A stretch of 55,620 nucleotides of DNA, the filler included, from Sphacelaria rigidula (lineage: Eukaryota): the NCBI GenBank assembly GCA_964200075.2. It is 5 parts of 5 records of this genome, joined end to end, with 100 filler letters (N's around TTAATTAATTAA, not from the genome) between each part and the next. Parts side by side here need not be neighbours in the genome. Positions count along the whole stretch, not along the records: positions 44,578 to 55,620 come from CAXNAA020005484.1; 4 more parts are not named here. One strand, 5' to 3'. A program made the translations under genes and the position numbers. Shown in pieces: positions 49,601-55,620 of this stretch. Every line of letters begins with the position of its first letter. Position 1 is the first letter of the stretch. The notes under the pieces are model-generated. The model was given only the letters and a program-made list of their open reading frames with translations, was not told the DNA's origin and ran no database searches.

Positions 49601-49857
49601 ATATTTTCCGAAGGCAGCGCGACGAGAAGTATCGGTGTGTTGTTCGAAGAGGATTCGACGTTTTGCGCTTCAAGGCGACCAAATAATCTCAAACCAAATT
49701 CATCTCCCCCCCCCTCCCCACTCCATCCCTCCTTCCCGTCACCTCGTCCCCGTGGCCGCGCGCAATCACTGTACCAGACAAAGCGCTCCCGCTGGATATC
49801 GTTTTCATTCGCTTTCTCTCAGGTGTTGGCTGCCTTCGTCATGGTGTTAGCACTCTT

Positions 49858-50280
49858 CTATATTATCTCGCCTTCAAGGATGGCGAGCTTGAAAGCCTGT
49901 TCTAAGGCCAGCAGTCGGATGAAATATTGTGAGTTTGTATACATGTCCCTTACTTTGGTTTGTCTCAACTCGGCGAGATAACAATCACCTGGTGAATCCA
50001 CTACAGACATCTGACAATCCAGGAATGTCTTTGATGCGCTGCTTGTGGACACGTGTGGTTGTGAATCCACATCTGGGTATTTATTATATAATAGGTTGAA
50101 CTTGCCAGTTCTGAAGGTATTTGTGACCGAGTCTTTTTCATCCTCACACTTGAAAGTCTCCGCTTTTCTCGTGACGAGTCCGTGGTCTCCAGGGATCACC
50201 CCATCACTCCTCCGGTACACGCCTCATTTTGGTATCGCGGATCCGATCACCGCACGCTCACCGCCTTGGCGTTCGTAAAA
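49858..50280 (-). pseudogene. Possible MULE/Mutator-type transposase relic
   Basis: NTFRTGKFNL..DVDS..KTFLDC..SPGD..YFIRLLAL is loosely collinear with the MULE core (DxTFxTNxYxL..VD..FxxFL..TDGD..HxLCxWH), but the catalytic residues are not intact. Confidence 0.35.
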
Positions 50281-52087
50281 CAAAAGCGTCTGTGCTACTC
50301 ACGTTCTCATGTTTTAAACAGCGAGAGTAAGATTGGCCTTTGAAGCAAGAAAAACGGAACAAATGCACCTGCTGGTGATTGAAGGTGCCTTTTTCGAATT
50401 AAGGTTTTGAGTACTTCCATCATACAACTGGGGTGAGCAGCTGTTGGCCCTTGCAAGATAATGCCACCACGTGCCTTGACACTATACATCACCGTAGTCG
50501 GGGAAGTCTAGTGTACGTTCAAGACATACGTATATCAAGGGATCAACTCCTTCCTCCCACGTTGCCTGCTTTGCACATACTTACTATATTAATCACTGCA
50601 TCAGCAGCACGCAGCCTGTTGATGTTTGTCGAATAGTATTTATCTACGTCCGTCCGTATGCTGCCGATGACGAAAACCACACTAGGTACAGAAAAGGATA
50701 GACAGCGCTTTGTCAGGATCTGAACCCGAGTGGTCGCCCAAACTGACCGTCGTTGGTGTACCAGTTTCATCAAACGTTGTCTCCGCACCAGGACATTATC
50801 TTTTTAACCCCTTTGGCACTGGCAATGGAAGAGTGTGATTGAGCATTTACAGCTTTCACGCAAATTTATATGAGCCCGACCCGTGTTTTTCCGACCTGTC
50901 TAAAAACGTGACCCAGTGACGCACGGGACTCCGCATATAGAAAATAGACAGGTAGTGCTGATTTTTTCTCTGTATATACTTGAAGCACCAAAGTGCTGAT
51001 TTTGGCTGTGTGCACAACTTGAACGAACTTGACCCGTTGCGCCCATCACTGGACAAAACTAGTCTGACGTCAACGGGGTGATATTTTTGGTGCGCGCAAG
51101 ACGTATATTAGTAGATTTTTCTATGGTCTTCGGCCATTAAAATAGTTTCCGTCGGTCTTTCTGTTCCCATCTTATTTTCTTTGTCACAGCTTGAGATAAT
51201 GACGCATCTGGCCCGGGGGCGGGAGGGGAGGTTTCCCAACGGATTGGCGTTCATGTATTCTGTATTCTCATGTTCTGGTACTCGACACGCGCTGATTTAG
51301 ACTTTGATTATAGTGAGAGCTGAAGGGTCGCTCTTGTGGTGCGATGGTCGCGCACGATGTCCTTCGGCTCTGCGAAATATAATGAGAGCGCAATCCTATT
51401 GAACGGGGGGAGGGGATGTTTCCAAGTCAGGATGTAGTGGTTGCGGCGAGTTTCACTCGGAATCCATGGGTTGATCGATTGATTGTTGCACACGGAGTGA
51501 TTCGCTGTGAATCTAGCCCCGATCAAGAGTTGGACGTACCCAGGGTTGTAGATGAAATGGTCCCCAGCGAAACTCGAGAAAGAGAAGATATAAGAAAGGG
51601 GGAAGATGCCAACCACAAAAAAATAAGAATGGGAAAAGAAAAAACAACAATTGAAGGCCCCAGCTGCGTGGATCGCGGTAACAGGCCCGTGAAGAAACAG
51701 TTTCAGGAGGAAACAAGAATGGACGAGTCCGTGATGGTTCCGTCGAATCACGCTCGGTGTGAGTGTCCGCCGTCAAGGCTCTGCACGTCGTTGTTTTATC
51801 GACTGTATGTTTTTTGGCGATGTGCACGTGCCGGCAATAAATACCCCAACGACCACTCGAAAGGTGACGGCGGGCATTGAAACCTAGCCGTGGACACGTT
51901 TGTGTACGTCATAGTCTTGTCCGCTATATACAGCAGGTTGGGGTTGAAGAAAGAAATTCCATCCTGCGTAACTAGGGCTATCTTGTTCTGAAAGAGATAC
52001 GCGTCGACTCTCCAGGGTCTGGGGCTCAGGATTGGCTGAACGTCCCTTGTGCTGCTCGGTCGCTAGCAGCGGGAATGACGCATATGA

Positions 52088-52348
52088 GAGTCATCCTACG
52101 ATAGGGGGGGGGGGTATTTTGGGCCACTTCTTGCACGAAATTCCAAGGCAAATCGTCGTTGAAATCAGCAACGGTTGCTCCGACGAACTTTTTACAGATA
52201 AATAACGCTGATTTATAACGACTAACACCGTTTTGAACCAAATACAAGCGCATCGCGAGTGGGGCAGGTCGTCTGACACACTTACGAGCCTTTTTGTTCG
52301 TGCAACCCCCCCTCCCCTCCCCCCTCTTCCCCTATCGTAGGATGACTC
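52088..52348 (+). mobile_element. Full-length 261-bp MITE with TIR GAGTCATCCTACGATAGGGG and G/C tracts
   Basis: GAGTCATCCTACGATAGGGG ... CCCCTATCGTAGGATGACTC is a perfect 20-bp inverted repeat; three partial copies occur elsewhere in the window. Confidence 0.85.
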
Positions 52349-53475
52349 ATCACTAGGAAGTACACCAAACTGAAAGAATAGCATGTAGTCATGTGTGCAA
52401 CTTCCGAAAAGCGTTTTCCGAAAATCTCTCATGTCTCACGTTGGGTAAAGTAGTGCAGCAGCACAGTACAGGAGAGCTCAGCTCACCACAGCACGGCACC
52501 GACAAGTACAGTTCAGCTCTCCGCGCGCCCTCTTGTGGCGGTCGCCTCGCCGATCGATACTGGAAATGTGGCTTGTTTGTGTACACAAGTATGCAGCACA
52601 GTGTTCCAATTGTCAAATATGACAGGAACAACGGTTCAACTCGTGAACCCAGCTCTAACAAGAGAGCTCGCAGAGGATGTACAATGTTGGTGAAGCACTT
52701 GCTTTGTGCTGTAAAAGGAAATATGTTTTTTTACATGCGCTTCACTTGGCCGAACTCAGAATCACACTCAGTTTCTACCCAACAGAAAACTGATCACAAG
52801 CTGGTAGGCCTGATTGAGATACGTAGCTTTAGCTTTGGAGAGTAACAACGAAGAGCTATGTATATCTCTCCAAAAACCTCTTGGATACTAAAAACCGATG
52901 ATCGAAAAGCCGTGATACCTGAGACAGTACTAACCAAACTCTTCACTGTACTAACTATAAGCTGACTCTCTGTACACGGCCTATACGTGAGCTATTCATT
53001 GTTCAACGGCGACTGTTCCACCTCTTCGCTTACTTCTACGATCTTTGCTACTGATGGTGAACCGTAACTGGTTCTGCCGCTAAAAACTTGCGTATGTATT
53101 CGAAACGGCTATTTCTTGAATCTCAACAATCGGCTGGGAACGAGCGACGTGCGATCGGGGGGTATTGCGTCGAGTACAATCACAGACCATAGCCCAATAG
53201 TGGGCGTTTCAATTTGCCGAGAGATGTGCCGCCCGCATCAATGTTGACATTTTTTCATTTTTGTGTACGATACTATCCGGCGTGTCCTGCCCCCGACCAC
53301 ACTGCTGCCACCCGCGGCGGTACGCAGGGATGGTAAATTCTGCCGTAGATCCCCGCTTTACGCAGACGTCAGTCAAGGGCGGTTCCTCTCGTCTTCCCCA
53401 CTGCTCGTTACTGCTATCTCGTTGGTGTCTTGTGTGGGTGTGGATTTGGGTGGATGCACAACGAGATGCCTCGAC

Positions 53476-53536
53476 TCTCGGTATACATTGGTCGGGGTTA
53501 GGGTTGGCGGCATCTCCATGGTGCCAACCATTGTTT
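53476..53536 (+). mobile_element. Fragment of the telomere-tract MITE family
   Basis: TCTCGGTAT..TTGGTCGGGGTTAGGGTTGGCGGCATCTCCAT.GTGCCAACCATTGTTT matches 54140-54220. Confidence 0.65.
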
Positions 53537-53929
53537 GAGGTCATTTCTTGAGGTGGCCTTATCGTTCAATCCACATGTATTCTGTACTTTATTCCCCATC
53601 CCTTCAAAGACTACGAAAGACTACGAGGACGGTGTCTGCTGATACCCGCGTTTTGTATCTCGGCTGAAGCTAGACCGATTTCATCGCCCAAGCGCGAGAG
53701 ATCAAACGGAATGCGACGACACTCAAGCGGGTCATACGGAGTCGCGCTCTTCGAAAGCGTGTTCAGCTACTGATACTACAGTACTGCACTCGACACCGTG
53801 CAGAGAAAACTTCAGGTCTTCCGGGGTATGGATGATTGACTCGAGCATCGAATTTACGTGCACTTTCGTCAATTGGCTCACGTGAGAAAATCCGTGGGGT
53901 AATCCTAGCAGTAGACCTTACGAACGGTA

Positions 53930-54221
53930 CGTAAACAATGGTTGGTACTGGATCTTGCTTGATTTCAGACTAAACAAAGTTCTGAGAAACGTCATGGTCT
54001 GGTGCAGGTGAGCAGTGGTGAGCAGTAGACCCAGCTCGTCCAGAACGTGTTTTCGTCCAAAATCGGCTCAAAGGTATCGATTTGAGCTCTGGCAACCCAC
54101 ACTTTGCCTAGGGAACACTGCACCCCCTTGCCCGAGGGTTCTCGGTATGCCTTGGTCGGGGTTAGGGTTAGGGTTAGCGTTAGAATGGGTGACATCTCCA
54201 TTGTACCAACTATTGTTTACG
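53930..54221 (+). mobile_element. 292-bp MITE flanked by TA (Tc1/mariner-like), with internal (TTAGGG)n
   Basis: TA|CGTAAACAATGGTTGGTAC ... GTACCAACTATTGTTTACG|TA (18/19 inverted match). GGGGTTAGGGTTAGGGTTAGCGTTAG at ~54158-54183. Confidence 0.8.
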
Positions 54222-54302
54222 TACAGTTCGTCAGGTCGCCTCAGTCCTAGGCTTCTTCCTGTATCTTTTTCATTCATTTCATGAGGCTACCTAAAGAAAT
54301 TT

Positions 54303-54560
54303 CCCTAACGCTAATGCTGACCATAACCCCGACCAAGGCATACCGAAAGTCCTTGGCAAGGGGGGTGCAGAATGTTGCCTAAGCAAAGTGTGCGTTGTCA
54401 GAGCTCAAATCGACGCCGCAGGCGCTGATTTTGGACCAAAACACGTGCTGGACGAGCTGGGTCTACTGCTCACCACTGCTCACCTGCCCCGTACCATAAG
54501 TTTTCTCAGTTTTTTTTTAGCCTGAAATAGAGTAAAATTGAGTACCAACCATTGTTTACA
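54303..54560 (-). mobile_element. Second, inverted and truncated copy of the 53930 MITE
   Basis: CCCTAACGCTAA..CCCCGACCAAGGCATACCGA..CTGGACGAGCTGGGTCTACTGCTCACCACTGCTCACCTGC..GTACCAACCATTGTTTAC is the reverse complement of 53931-54183. Confidence 0.8.
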
Positions 54561-54889
54561 GATATTTCCTCAAGTCTACCGTGATTGATTGGCTCATGAG
54601 TCGATGTTTTGACTGTCCTTATCGTGATGATCGATCCGCCTCTCGCGTAGGCGCGGTCACAAGGTATTTATACTTCAAAGTATATACATGCTTGAGCGTC
54701 GGCTGCCCCCCGCGGCAAACGCTCCGAGGAAAGTAAGTAGAGCAAGCAGTAGAGAGACGACAAATGAGCAGGACAGGGGGCTGTGTTGGCAGAAGGATAT
54801 CGTGTTTTTCTGAGAAGACAATTCCTGGGAGGGACGAGTAGACGATCAAAATAATAAGGGGCACTCGGTAAACAAAAACTAGCGACTCA

Positions 54890-55340
54890 ACCGCTCAACC
54901 CGAACACCTGAATTTTCCTCCGGAAAGGAGGAGCATCGCTTCTGAGATGTCGCGTGCATCGCTGGATACTTGAGGGCAAACCGTATAGAAGAAATCAGCT
55001 GTTCGATTCGCGGGGCTACTTCGTTCTTTTCCTTTGAACGTCGAGCCTACCCCTGTAGACATCCCTGTTGTAGCTTGTTGGACACCCGGCCAACATACAC
55101 GACGATCCCAAGTGGGTGACGCTGCGGTTAGCGACGCCTCAAAAGTTTGGAATCGGGGGGTCAATGTTCCGATGCGCATCAAGCATACACCGTGTAGTCC
55201 CAGTAATGAGAAGCCTTTTCCCAGCCGCAAACGCGCACACCGTTCCAACGCACATAGCTCACAGACGCCCTCTACCCAGGAATGATGGGTGCCACTACTG
55301 AACTGGTCTTCGGACGAGCTACGAGGATTGAGGTATTTTC
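54890..55340 (-). mobile_element. Possible C-terminal restriction-like-endonuclease region of a CRE/R2-type non-LTR element, highly decayed
   Basis: Frame-hopping KASHY..GVC....GTLTPRFQTFE..VQQATT..G....K..R....VCPQV loosely follows the K..HY..SFD..L...AxExFG..DQLA..QV pattern of such elements. Confidence 0.3.
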
Positions 55341-55581
55341 CAACGGAGTATGATTTTACTATTTTTACCAGGTTCCAAGAGAAAACCCTAGTCGCCGTAC
55401 AGTCGTAACTGGTCTACACGATGAGTCCGAAATATGGGCCACACTATATATGATCATTTGCGGGAGTTGCTACATCGAATTGCTCCTTCTTGGAACCATG
55501 GCTTTCTGCCCTTGACGCATGTAACTCGCTGGTTAACATGGGTACAAAATGTTGGAGGTGTCTCTATTAGGAGTAGGAACG

Positions 55582-55620
55582 GTGCTCCGTCTCGAAAGGG
55601 ATGCGTGGTCAATGGTCACA
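55582..55620 (+). mobile_element. Terminus of the 10951/11146 repeat family, cut by the contig end
   Basis: GTGCTCCGTCTCGAAAGGGATGCGTGGTCAATGGTCA. Confidence 0.7.

Noticed and set aside
51416-51880. 154-aa charged ORF
   Set aside because: No recognisable domain or splice structure; it could be a purine-rich repeat remnant.

Overview
Repeat-rich eukaryotic genomic DNA, most likely from a brown alga (Phaeophyceae). This is inferred from GTGAG/TGCAG intron signals, an FNIP-repeat gene, TTAGGG tracts and retroelement motifs I recall from Ectocarpus. The window is not one locus. It is five unrelated contigs (11045, 11045, 11044, 11043 and 11043 bp, in non-increasing length order) joined by identical artificial 100-nt spacers (N44-TTAATTAATTAA-N44), so nothing should be read across the gaps. 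Supportable content: (1) a 5-exon secreted-protein gene (25381-33238, cut by the contig end) that the ORF track captures only in fragments, with a signal peptide, tandem knottin-like Cys modules on phase-1 exons and an F5/8C (CBM32)-like domain; (2) an intronless FNIP-type 22-aa-repeat ORF (40786-42717) with clustered variable positions and a recent 198-bp block duplication; (3) decayed Ty1/Copia and Ty3/Gypsy elements, RTE-like and possible CRE-like LINE fragments and a tRNA-derived SINE head; (4) many MITE families, including piggyBac-like, Tourist-like and two families carrying internal telomere-like TTAGGG tracts; (5) an 88-bp tandem array and a few unexplained ORF-like regions. All family assignments are by eye from remembered motifs; no searches were run. 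I see no CRISPR array, rRNA or intact tRNA.
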